From a virus (taxonomy: Duplodnaviria; Caudoviricetes): 24,533 nucleotides of DNA. Positions within the stretch are counted from its first letter, which is position 1; every line of letters starts with the position of its first letter. The position numbers were made by a program, and so were the translations under genes. The notes under the pieces were generated by a model. It was not told where the DNA came from. It saw only the letters and a list, made by a program, of their open reading frames with translations, and did no database searches. Of this stretch, positions 9,076-16,871 are shown piece after piece. The stretch spans positions 1-24,533 of the IMG/VR virus record IMGVR_UViG_3300012663_000598. One strand, 5' to 3'.

Positions 9076-9746
9076 TAGCGTCTCCTTGGGCGATGGTGTT
9101 CGCATTCTACCACAGGACACCACCCACATAAAGGGCCACTTTTAGGGTTCCAAACCCCGCTTAGTTCTGCGTGTTCTAGCCTATCCAACTCGTCGCGGAA
9201 AGTCGCTAGGTATTCATCACGCTGCAAAGCAACGTGAACTTTCTTGATAAACTCATTGCTTACTACATATGCTAGAGCAGACTTAATCGTCTTAAGCTCT
9301 GGGTAGTGCACGAACAACGCGCCAGCCATCAGGTCAAGTTGCTTGGGGTCTGCGTACTTGGTGTTCTTGCCGGTTTTGTAATCAACCATGTGGGCCTTGT
9401 CGCCGTTGATGATAACAAGGTCAACGATACCGCGCCACCACACATCCTTATCGAAGAATCCGCATGGTTCGTAGCCAGTGTCCGTCTTCCTGACACCCAG
9501 CTTTAACTCTGTGTGCTTGTCACCTTTGATTTCCGTAAGGGACTCCACGATAGGCTTCATGTACCCAAACTTGTTCGGGATTGGTATCCCGTGCTTGACG
9601 TAATGCTCTGCCGCTTCATGGACGGCGGTCCCATAGTCAGCAGCTTCCCCCGGTTCATCCTTAACGTCCTTCGCTACCTTGAGGTGGAAGTACTTCTTAG
9701 GACACTGGTCGAAGGTCTTGATGCTACTATAGGACCACGCTGTCAT
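9075..9746 (-). CDS. PD-(D/E)XK Cas4/RecB-like exonuclease
   Basis: WSYSS...CP N-terminus, GTAVH, RGIVDL, VDYKTGK, QLDLMA, and C-terminal C..CP...C. Confidence 0.88.
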   Translation of the reverse strand: MTAWSYSSIKTFDQCPKKYFHLKVAKDVKDEPGEAADYGTAVHEAAEHYVKHGIPIPNKFGYMKPIVESLTEIKGDKHTELKLGVRKTDTGYEPCGFFDKDVWWRGIVDLVIINGDKAHMVDYKTGKNTKYADPKQLDLMAGALFVHYPELKTIKSALAYVVSNEFIKKVHVALQRDEYLATFRDELDRLEHAELSGVWNPKSGPLCGWCPVVECEHHRPRRR

Positions 9747-9749
9747 ATG

Positions 9750-10043
9750 TTATTCCTCCACGGGGAGTCGGGATAAAAGGGAAACTATGTCTTCGAAACC
9801 CTCGTCCGAAATATCAGCGATGCGGGTTAAGCCATCACGTAACCCTTCAAGCTGGCGCTGTATAGCCCAACCTACAAAGTCGGCAGATGCTGCCTGCATG
9901 AACCCCGCCATGAACGTAGCCGCTGCCTGTCGATCATTTCCTATCTCTGTATCGAACAGGTCTTCATAAGCCTTCTTTGCGTAGACGGCATACTCGCGGG
10001 CAGTCATGTGTGCTTGTTGCATCGCGTCACTAGGAGCAGTCAT
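9750..10043 (-). CDS. Hypothetical protein (97 aa)
   Basis: Tightly packed ORF with TAATG coupling to the upstream gene. Confidence 0.7.
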   Translation of the reverse strand: MTAPSDAMQQAHMTAREYAVYAKKAYEDLFDTEIGNDRQAAATFMAGFMQAASADFVGWAIQRQLEGLRDGLTRIADISDEGFEDIVSLLSRLPVEE

Positions 10044-10576
10044 TAGCGCACCTTCCCTTGGAGACGGTCAGCCACTAACGTAGCATATCCCGCTATATCA
10101 ATCCAGCTATCTATATGGTTTGAGTCACCATTTAGGATACGCCCTATCTTAGTAAAGATCATATCCAGTGCTTCGGCTTGGTCGGCATCGAAGGTCTTGT
10201 TGTTCTGCCCAGCAAACTGATGAGCCACTGCCTTAAGTCGCTGCGTAACCTGCGACAGCCCAAGGAAGCTACCGTACTTGGAGCCACGTTCGTCAAGGAT
10301 TACGTCTACGTCAGTATCAGCCTCTCCCTCTGCCTTCCAGTCTTCCTCTGCTTCGGCCCTCCAGCCTTCGATCATCTCTTTGACCTTGTTGGTGTGCTCT
10401 GTGGCAGTCTGCCGCACCGTTTCCACCGTATCTTTCGCTGCAGCCTCCAAATCCTTCTTCAGCTTCCATGCGTAATTGTAGCTTACCGCCATGCGTTTGG
10501 TAATCTCCTTAGGGGAGTAACCCTGCTTCAGTAGCTTTATAACGTTATCTGCTATGACTTTCTTTCTCATACTCAT
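10043..10576 (-). CDS. N-terminal HTH-like region fused to a DUF6378-like domain
   Basis: Start reassigned to 10576 (AGGAGCAAA RBS at 10581-10589). C-terminal ERGSKYG...KIGRILNGD...DSWIDIAGYATL is DUF6378-like; N-terminal LLKQGYSPKEITKRMAVSYNYAW is HTH-like. Confidence 0.7.
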   Translation of the reverse strand: MSMRKKVIADNVIKLLKQGYSPKEITKRMAVSYNYAWKLKKDLEAAAKDTVETVRQTATEHTNKVKEMIEGWRAEAEEDWKAEGEADTDVDVILDERGSKYGSFLGLSQVTQRLKAVAHQFAGQNNKTFDADQAEALDMIFTKIGRILNGDSNHIDSWIDIAGYATLVADRLQGKVR

Positions 10577-10589
10577 TTCATTTGCTCCT

Positions 10590-10778
10590 TTATGGTAGGC
10601 GATGTGCCGCTTTAGTGAAATCTTCGTAGTGCTTGCGGCATAGATAAAGCATAGTATCTTCAACGGTGAACTGGTTAAAATCCAGAAGCCGCTCGTGTTC
10701 ATGAGTGCATTCAGCAACCCCACACTCTACTGGTACGGTTATCATCATAGGGGTTAGCACTTCTATTTCTAACGTCAT
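10590..10778 (-). CDS. Small hypothetical protein, possible Zn ligands (C...C, C..H)
   Basis: ATG with an AGGAGCAAAC RBS; fills the gap between its neighbours. Confidence 0.7.
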   Translation of the reverse strand: MTLEIEVLTPMMITVPVECGVAECTHEHERLLDFNQFTVEDTMLYLCRKHYEDFTKAAHRLP

Positions 10779-10788
10779 TGTTTGCTCC

Positions 10789-11547
10789 TTATTTAAGATT
10801 GCCGCCGCTCTTCAAGATGTCACCGCCAAACACATACGTCCCTACATGGTATAACTGGATGAACGGGTGGGCGTGTATTTTGCCACCGTGGGTACGCCAC
10901 AGTTCGCAAAAATGGTAATCCTCTGACAACAGCGCCCCGCTCTCGTCGATAGACGTAGCGAAAAACTCATGGGTCAAAGGCTTGGCGTATTCGCCTGTCT
11001 CTGGGTCTTTGAACGACGATACGCGATAGGTTGGAACGTGGGGTATAAGATGCTCGAACACCCCCCGCTTGATGAGCATAAAGCCTGTGCCACCATGGCG
11101 TACTTCAATGCAGCCTTCCTCGTCTGTGTGTACGTCACTATTGCCTATCATATTAAACACAAATGCTCCAGCATGGTCCGCAAGGTCCGTCTTACCTTCA
11201 AGAGCAGCACGGTTGACGCTATCCCAGTTCACTTCCTTCTTAGGGTAGATACCACATGCAATGTCCTTGTCAGCCAGCATGAGGTGCGCGATACCCTCAC
11301 CATCAAAGCCAATGTCAGCGTCGATGAACATCAGGTAGTCATGGTCACTCTCAAGGAATACCCGTGCTAAATCATTACGGGCACGGGTGATGAGGCTCTC
11401 GTTCATAATCTGACACCACGCTACGTTGACCCCGACTTCGCGCATCTTAGCCATAGTCATAAGCAAACCTTGCACATAGTGTCCTGTGCACATGCCCCCG
11501 TACATGGGGGTGGCAATCATAAGGCTCGGTTTCTTTTCTTCAGTCAT
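10789..11547 (-). CDS. GT-A fold glycosyltransferase-like protein
   Basis: IATPMYGG, ESLITRARN, LMFIDADI (DxD), GTGFMLIKR and SEDYHFC motifs. Confidence 0.8.
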   Translation of the reverse strand: MTEEKKPSLMIATPMYGGMCTGHYVQGLLMTMAKMREVGVNVAWCQIMNESLITRARNDLARVFLESDHDYLMFIDADIGFDGEGIAHLMLADKDIACGIYPKKEVNWDSVNRAALEGKTDLADHAGAFVFNMIGNSDVHTDEEGCIEVRHGGTGFMLIKRGVFEHLIPHVPTYRVSSFKDPETGEYAKPLTHEFFATSIDESGALLSEDYHFCELWRTHGGKIHAHPFIQLYHVGTYVFGGDILKSGGNLK

Positions 11548-11729
11548 TTCTTGCTTCCTTTGAAACGACCACGCTCGTCGCGGTCTGTTAGTTTATGTAG
11601 TTCCTTGTTCAGTCGCTCGTTCTCACGTTTAATACCTTCGGTGGAGGCAAAGGTGCGTATCAACGCCACCAGATATCCAAGAACGAACAGTCCGATAAAA
11701 ATAAAAGTCAATAGCCAATCCATAATCAT
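11544..11729 (-). CDS. Small membrane-anchored coiled-coil protein
   Basis: N-terminal hydrophobic stretch (LLTFIFIGLFVLGYLVALI) and a charged tail; ATGA overlaps at both ends. Confidence 0.7.
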   Translation of the reverse strand: MIMDWLLTFIFIGLFVLGYLVALIRTFASTEGIKRENERLNKELHKLTDRDERGRFKGSKK

Positions 11730-12319
11730 TCTCCTTTCTTACGTACAATTAACTGATAGCCGATGTGCACAATCTCCACTTCCTCTGCGAACAGGTTAGT
11801 GAAGGCGTCGATGGCTGCTTTAGGGCGATGCAGGATATCCCGTGCGTTCGGTGTCCATAGGTAATCGTCAAACACCATCAGACCTTCGACCTTGAGCAAT
11901 GGCCAAGCCATGCAAGCATCAGTCAGCACATCCTTAGCAATGTGGCTCCCGTCGATATAGATAAAGCCATAGGTGTATTCCTTCTCAATAAACCGTGCCA
12001 GCGCTCTCGTAGATGTGTCCTTGATTTGGATAACACTTCGGTCGGGATACTTTTCTTCGAGCACTTTTGCGTTGTGTAGGAACCGCGCTTCGACTTCGCT
12101 CATGTTCTCTGCGCCATGTTCTTCGCCGCCTTCCCACGTATCCACGCACTGGATATTACCCTCGTCCTCCATCATATTCTCGACAATCCATGCGGCACTG
12201 CGGCCCTCGAAAGAACCTATCTCAAGAAAATTAAGGCGGTCTGGTAGCATAGGGATAAGCTGCTCCCATACTTGCGGTGCCCAGTTGAACCAGTCCTTGG
12301 TGAATTTGTAGCTAGTCAT
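11726..12319 (-). CDS. Class I SAM-dependent methyltransferase (Methyltransf_24-like)
   Basis: LEIGSFEGRS motif I, CVDTW, FIYIDGSH, GLMVFDDY. ATG at 12319 with a GAAGGAGCAAAC RBS. Confidence 0.88.
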   Translation of the reverse strand: MTSYKFTKDWFNWAPQVWEQLIPMLPDRLNFLEIGSFEGRSAAWIVENMMEDEGNIQCVDTWEGGEEHGAENMSEVEARFLHNAKVLEEKYPDRSVIQIKDTSTRALARFIEKEYTYGFIYIDGSHIAKDVLTDACMAWPLLKVEGLMVFDDYLWTPNARDILHRPKAAIDAFTNLFAEEVEIVHIGYQLIVRKKGE

Positions 12320-12333
12320 TGGTTTGCTCCTTC

Positions 12334-12618
12334 TCACGGTTGTAAATGTTCGGGCATAAACTCGAAGTACATTCTAATGCTGCTACCGGAAGACCGCCCG
12401 ACAGCGTTGGCACAGTCTTGCCAGCTTTCACCCTGCCTACGCATGATTGCCGCCCTGCGTAACTTAACCCCAGTCATCTGCTTATATGAATGAGTATTGT
12501 ACATTGAGCGCCTACGGTTTGTCGGCCTGTCTAACCATGCTTGATACTCTTCGGCAGATGGCACAGCGCTGGGCGTCATGTGCATGTCGCGGTATCCTTT
12601 TATACCTTTAACCTGCAT
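12334..12618 (-). CDS. Hypothetical protein with a possible C-terminal HTH
   Basis: AGGAGCAAG RBS; MRRQGESWQDCANAVGRS is an HTH-like pattern. Confidence 0.6.
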   Translation of the reverse strand: MQVKGIKGYRDMHMTPSAVPSAEEYQAWLDRPTNRRRSMYNTHSYKQMTGVKLRRAAIMRRQGESWQDCANAVGRSSGSSIRMYFEFMPEHLQP

Positions 12619-12630
12619 GGCTTGCTCCTT

Positions 12631-13278
12631 CTAAGGTTTTTCGCCGTGCTCGAACCGAGCACCCAGCGCAGCGTAAATAGCAGGTACTACCGCAGCCGAT
12701 TCTAACGACTGTGCCCACCCAACAGCTACCCCGAAGTTATCAATCCCCCCAGAAGAAGAGCCAAGATTGTCCCAAGTGTAGCACTCCCTGCTATCGTGCA
12801 CTAAGTTCAAACCGTCTGGGCGTACCTCGCAGTAAAAACCATGGACGCCTTTATTATGAAATATAACGGGCACCCAAATCTCTGCATTGTCGCGTACTCG
12901 TGGCACATCCCCAAGAAGTATAATTGGTTTACGTGTAGTTAAAGCTGCGGCGCTCGCACATCCGCTATCCCAGCTACTGTCCAGAAATCCCGGTGGCCCC
13001 CCGCCAAAATCTAAACGGTCCAACCAAATACCGTCCTTAAAGAAGTCAGGGTCGCCCTTCACCTCGACATAGAAATGCTGGCCTTTTGGCGTAGTAATTT
13101 CAAAATCAGGGAGCCACGGCAGCATAGCTTTTTCATGCCAACCCAACACATAACCCTCTTTCTCGTACTGCCAGTCCCAGCCAAGCGCATCGAAGAAGAC
13201 TGCCCACCGAGCTTCAAGCCGACTGCGGAAACGACAACCTCTATAGCTTGTTTCAATGGCCTTAATATTACTCCCCAT
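12631..13278 (-). CDS. Restriction-endonuclease-fold PD-(D/E)XK nuclease
   Basis: FRSRLEARWAVFFD, then WLPDF and YVEVKG catalytic pattern. Confidence 0.75.
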   Translation of the reverse strand: MGSNIKAIETSYRGCRFRSRLEARWAVFFDALGWDWQYEKEGYVLGWHEKAMLPWLPDFEITTPKGQHFYVEVKGDPDFFKDGIWLDRLDFGGGPPGFLDSSWDSGCASAAALTTRKPIILLGDVPRVRDNAEIWVPVIFHNKGVHGFYCEVRPDGLNLVHDSRECYTWDNLGSSSGGIDNFGVAVGWAQSLESAAVVPAIYAALGARFEHGEKP

Positions 13279-15085
13279 AACTTTCTCCTATCTTGCTCTC
13301 GCAGTTCAAGGGTAATCCCAGTGCCCACTTGGGGCGTATGCGCATGCAGATTTCTACAAATTCCTGAGCGCGTTCTGCTTCTTCTGTCGGGACAATACAG
13401 CCCACAGCATCATGCACCGTCATGACCACACGATACTTACGGGCAATCATCAACATCTGTTCGCCAATCACGATACGGGCAAGCGCCTGACATACGTTCT
13501 CGATGCACTTCCCGCCGTATATGCGGTTAGGTATAAGGGCTTTGCCTCTCTTCTGGTCGTAAATCATCTCTTGCTTACCATCGGTAAACACCCACCGAAG
13601 GTTCGGGTATTTGAGGTAGAGCCCGTTGGGTAGCCGGATGCCGTTATATCCTTCGACCTGTACAACGCCATCAAGTCCCAGTGGTGCTGTCTGGTTGTTA
13701 GCAATGGCTTCGAGCGCCTCGCCAGCCTCACGCCATAGCTCTGGGATTTTAGGATAGGTCTCCCGATAAACCCTGATGATGCGGTCACATTCACTTTGCG
13801 GTAGGTCAACGCCCATTGCCTTAAGCTGGATGCGAAACTTTTTAGGCCCCATACCGTACCCTGCGCCAAGAATGGTTGTCTTACCTACGAACCGCTGGTC
13901 CTTGGTCACAGCCTCGCGGTCAACGCCGTATATGGAGGAGGCCATAATCTTATAAACGTCCTCGCCTTTCTCAAAGGCTTCGACAAGGTCGTTCTGCCCT
14001 GCCAGCCACGCAAGTGTACGAGCTTCAATTTGCGAGGAGTCGCTGTCCACAAGCAAATAGTTTGGGGGTGCGAGGATACAGTCTTTAAGTGGTGAGTTGC
14101 GGGGTAGGTTCTGCATGTTCACCTTGTCGTCGCCGCCCCAGCGTCCTGTGTGCGCTGCGTAATACCGTAGCGGGATGGGTAGCAGCCCCCGTGTCGAGAT
14201 GCCCATGAACCGCTCGGTCCTTGTCTCTTCCAGCGTAGACTTTACACCTAACCGCGCAGCCACAAGTGCCTGAACCTGCGGATCGTGATGCTCCAACAGT
14301 GCCTTAAACTCCTCGTCGTTCTTGGCGAAGGCATAGGTTTCCTTACCCGTGGCAGGGCTAATCTTCGTTGGTGGCACTACCCCTAGTTCGGTTAGTATTT
14401 CAGCAAACTTTGGGTTGCTCATAAGCTGTTCGCGGTCAGCGTTTATCTGCTCCATTAGCTGTACCTTGGCTTCGCGTACCCTAGATAGATGTTCGGCCAG
14501 TGGGTAGTAAGACACCCGCAGCGTAGGTTCAGTAAACATACGTATCGTCAGGTCTATGAGCCGCAGTTCGGCCACAGGGAAGTCAACCGCAAGACACTCG
14601 AACAACTTATAAGTAAGCTCGGTGTCGTTCACGCAGTACTGTGCATAGCGGGATAGCTCATCAGACGTGAAGTCCAGTCGCCCTTTACCAAGGGCGTTTA
14701 TAACCTCGTTGCCTTTTACCCCTAGCTTATAATGCTCGGCCAATACTTTCAGGCTTCCGCCCACCGACGTGCCATGTTTGGCGCGGGCCATAGACAATGT
14801 ATCTACTATGCGCTTGGGTCGGATGTCGAATACCCAGTTAAGGATAGCCATGTCGAACACAGCGTTGTGAGCCACGGCGGTCGCCTCGTCCCACGCAAAC
14901 TGCGAAAGCCACTTCTTTGTAGCTTCCTTCGGACCGGAGAACCACTGGGCCGGTTCGTCGTTTATCTTTACAGATACGCCGATAGCCTCAAACAACTCAT
15001 CACGGATATACTCTTCGGTCGTAACCTTGGACAGGCTGTACGTCTTATCGTAGTAGGTCTCGAAGTCGATTGTGAGTATCATCAC
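13268..15085 (-). CDS. polA: Family A DNA polymerase with 3'-5' exonuclease
   Basis: Exo I DFET, Exo II AHNAVFD, Exo III YCVND; HTGRW, NMQNLPR; motif A DSSQIEAR, motif B KTTILGAGYG, motif C VHD. Confidence 0.95.
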   Translation of the reverse strand: MMILTIDFETYYDKTYSLSKVTTEEYIRDELFEAIGVSVKINDEPAQWFSGPKEATKKWLSQFAWDEATAVAHNAVFDMAILNWVFDIRPKRIVDTLSMARAKHGTSVGGSLKVLAEHYKLGVKGNEVINALGKGRLDFTSDELSRYAQYCVNDTELTYKLFECLAVDFPVAELRLIDLTIRMFTEPTLRVSYYPLAEHLSRVREAKVQLMEQINADREQLMSNPKFAEILTELGVVPPTKISPATGKETYAFAKNDEEFKALLEHHDPQVQALVAARLGVKSTLEETRTERFMGISTRGLLPIPLRYYAAHTGRWGGDDKVNMQNLPRNSPLKDCILAPPNYLLVDSDSSQIEARTLAWLAGQNDLVEAFEKGEDVYKIMASSIYGVDREAVTKDQRFVGKTTILGAGYGMGPKKFRIQLKAMGVDLPQSECDRIIRVYRETYPKIPELWREAGEALEAIANNQTAPLGLDGVVQVEGYNGIRLPNGLYLKYPNLRWVFTDGKQEMIYDQKRGKALIPNRIYGGKCIENVCQALARIVIGEQMLMIARKYRVVMTVHDAVGCIVPTEEAERAQEFVEICMRIRPKWALGLPLNCESKIGESYGE

Positions 15086-15282
15086 CTTATCCTTGTGACG
15101 TGTATGGTGTCACCCGCAGCGCGGGTTATATAGTAGCGGTCTGACCGCACGTTCTGGTTATGTGCAGAGCGGCGTATAAGGCTTCTGGAATGTGGCGTGG
15201 GGGTATCGAACACGCGCACCTCGTTTAGTTCCATCATGTTAAGTCCGTACTTAGACTTTCTTGTGTCTGTACCAAAGGCCAT
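15082..15282 (-). CDS. Hypothetical protein (66 aa)
   Basis: AAGGA RBS; ATGA overlap with the polymerase start. Confidence 0.7.
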   Translation of the reverse strand: MAFGTDTRKSKYGLNMMELNEVRVFDTPTPHSRSLIRRSAHNQNVRSDRYYITRAAGDTIHVTRIR

Positions 15283-15295
15283 TTATTTTTATTCC

Positions 15296-15463
15296 TTACT
15301 TGCGTAGCAAGTTTTCCAGTTCGCGGATTGCCCATTGGATACCTTGAATTTCTACACCCATGTCATGCAGACCATGCGCGTCCTTCGCGTGAAGGAACAC
15401 TTCCGACATATCCCAGCATACGGCTTCGCGCTTGCGTAGCGCCTCGATGCGTTCTTTAATCAT
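15296..15463 (-). CDS. Hypothetical protein (55 aa, MIKERIEALRKREAVCWDMSEV...), below the ORF-track cutoff
   Basis: Translated by hand; ATGA overlap with the upstream ORF; fills the gap. Confidence 0.7.
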   Translation of the reverse strand: MIKERIEALRKREAVCWDMSEVFLHAKDAHGLHDMGVEIQGIQWAIRELENLLRK

Positions 15464-15588
15464 CCCCACCAATCATCTTCCATGCTCTTGCGTTCTTCAT
15501 CTGTAATCACTGGTCGCGTGGCGATGAGCCACCCAGTCAGACCCAACAGCCCGACGATGATAATGAATAATGGTGTGTTGCTTGTCAT
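15460..15588 (-). CDS. Small single-TM protein (42 aa, MTSNTPLFIIIVGLLGLTGWLIA...)
   Basis: Translated by hand; ATGA overlaps at both ends. Confidence 0.65.
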   Translation of the reverse strand: MTSNTPLFIIIVGLLGLTGWLIATRPVITDEERKSMEDDWWG

Positions 15589-15941
15589 GTGCTTTGCTTA
15601 CCCTCCGATATGTGCTTATCTAGCAGTCGCTTCTCGAAAAACTTAAGCAGTGCTTTGAGCAGTGCAGCCGAACCCACCTTTGCGTTAGCGTTCCACTTAC
15701 GTTCGGAGTCACTGTTCCACCCAGTAGAGTAAGCGTTGGGCTTCGCGGTTGTGGCATGTTCTACCTCGGGCCGCTCGTCCTGTGGTTTACCCTGTTTGGG
15801 CTTCTTTATCTTATCGCGCAGGGCAATAACCCGCTTCACATCCACACCGTAGTATGATGCAATGTATTTCATGTCCGTTATGTATCCAATCGCACGGATA
15901 ATATCTTGGTCGGTTTGGCCCACGCCTTTGTATTTCGACAC
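15585..15941 (-). CDS. Hypothetical basic protein, possible N-terminal HTH
   Basis: GTG start with an AGGAGCGAAC RBS; MKYIASYYGVDVKRV is HTH-like. Confidence 0.65.
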   Translation of the reverse strand: MSKYKGVGQTDQDIIRAIGYITDMKYIASYYGVDVKRVIALRDKIKKPKQGKPQDERPEVEHATTAKPNAYSTGWNSDSERKWNANAKVGSAALLKALLKFFEKRLLDKHISEGKQST

Positions 15942-15979
15942 TCGTTCGCTCCTTCTATGATAGTAACCACCTAACTCTG

Positions 15980-16276
15980 TTAGGTATCACCATCCGTTAG
16001 TAGTGTAGCCATAACCCTGCGGCTGAAGCTGTCCCCTTGGATGCTCATATACTTATCATGGAGTATAAGGATTTCGCGGTCTGTCAGGAACCCAAGAGAC
16101 TCAAAGTGCATCACTGGGTCGTCGGCTGACGACCTTGCCATAAAGTCCATCCGTGTCTTGATGGACCCCGTTACCCACTTCCATTTCTCACGGACGTGCT
16201 TGTCTGGGTTGTATGCGTTAAATTCTTCGGGGTGGCTATCCATCCGTTGCAGCAAAAGCTCTACACCTTGGTTCAC
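15980..16276 (-). CDS. Hypothetical protein (98 aa)
   Basis: GTGA overlap with the VRR-NUC stop; GGGG RBS. Confidence 0.7.
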   Translation of the reverse strand: MNQGVELLLQRMDSHPEEFNAYNPDKHVREKWKWVTGSIKTRMDFMARSSADDPVMHFESLGFLTDREILILHDKYMSIQGDSFSRRVMATLLTDGDT

Positions 16277-16578
16277 CGTGTTTCCCCTTTTAGTTTTTTG
16301 ATGAGGTCAGGGAGCATGTCGTAGTTCGTTTCGTCTACTACTACAGCTACGCCGTTAGACCTACGTATCGCTTCAATCTCGCGCACCTGTAGGGCTGTAG
16401 TCTTACCGCCGTTTGCCTTGCACTCAACAGCAAGGAACCAGCCATTCACACAGGCTACAATGTCGGGGACGCCACTACGTCCGAAGCCGTGGGTTGCGGG
16501 TGAAAAGAAATATATCTCGTGTGCAGTGAAGATGGACTTTACCTTATCCTTCACTTTTTTCTCGGGCGTTGCTGCCAT
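16273..16578 (-). CDS. VRR-NUC domain nuclease (Holliday-junction resolvase-like)
   Basis: PEKKVK, SGVPDIV, AVECKA and TALQ motifs. Confidence 0.88.
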   Translation of the reverse strand: MAATPEKKVKDKVKSIFTAHEIYFFSPATHGFGRSGVPDIVACVNGWFLAVECKANGGKTTALQVREIEAIRRSNGVAVVVDETNYDMLPDLIKKLKGETR

Positions 16579-16602
16579 GGTTTGCTCCTCGTTTGGCTCA
16601 CC

Positions 16603-16631
16603 ACCCTACACCCTCAATTTACATTGTCAAA
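16603..16631 (-). promoter_or_regulatory. Sigma70-type promoter for the replication block; -35 lies in a near-palindrome TTGACAATGTAAA
   Basis: Minus strand TTGACA-N16-TAGGGT, directly after the terminator at 16641-16668. Confidence 0.6.
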
Positions 16632-16640
16632 CGATAAAAC

Positions 16641-16668
16641 AAAAAAAGACCGCCCCGAAAGGCGGTCT
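16641..16668 (-). terminator. Rho-independent terminator ending the early AAA/vWA operon
   Basis: Stem AGACCGCC/GGCGGTCT with a TTCG-containing loop on the minus strand, followed by a T7 run. Confidence 0.9.
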
Positions 16669-16700
16669 AGTCTAACATAGTTAGGAGCAACTATATGTTA
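16641..16700 (-). ncRNA. Putative 3'UTR-derived small RNA: anti-RBS hairpin (loop GCUCCU) plus terminator
   Basis: Stem TAACATAGTT / AACTAT(AT)GTTA at 16673-16700, with plus-strand loop AGGAGC. Same architecture as 2432-2495. Confidence 0.4.
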
Positions 16701-16871
16701 TTTGTGTGTATCGGCGTAGGCCGTAAGGATGTCACGCATCTTCCCTGTGAAGTTAGGGAACCTTTTATAAAAGTCCAAGGCTTCGCTCGATAGACGTATA
16801 GTGATGTGGCCCATGGCCGGACGCTTGCCCAGCCCACGCTGTCCGCGTTTGCGTTTTAGTTCCTCAATCAT
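16698..16871 (-). CDS. BrnA-antitoxin-like ribbon-helix-helix protein (57 aa), below the ORF-track cutoff
   Basis: MIEELKRKRGQRGLGKRPAMGHITIRLSSEALDFYKRFPNFTGKMRDILTAYADTHK: RG..K linker, ITIRL beta strand, then two helices. ATGA overlap with the upstream gene. Confidence 0.7.
   Translation of the reverse strand: MIEELKRKRGQRGLGKRPAMGHITIRLSSEALDFYKRFPNFTGKMRDILTAYADTHK

Noticed and set aside
9075-9746. Cas4 as evidence of a CRISPR-Cas system
   Set aside because: Solo Cas4/RecB-like exonucleases are routine in phage replication modules, and no cas1/cas2 or array is present.
10577-10723. Longer starts given in the ORF track (10723, 7183, 9129, 12337, 17767, 19018, 23217, 23828)
   Set aside because: They overlap upstream genes or promoters, whereas the downstream ATGs have clear RBSs or stop-start coupling.
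11726-12319. DNA methyltransferase of a restriction-modification pair with the nuclease at 12631-13278
   Set aside because: It lacks DPPY/NPPY or PC catalytic motifs; the motifs fit small-molecule or sugar O-methyltransferases.
2475-16700. The two hairpins as + strand CsrA/RsmA GGA-loop sponges
   Set aside because: Not excluded but disfavoured: the adjacent terminators have their U-tracts on the minus strand, the GGA at 2480-2482 is partly in the stem, and Csr sponges normally carry many GGA loops.
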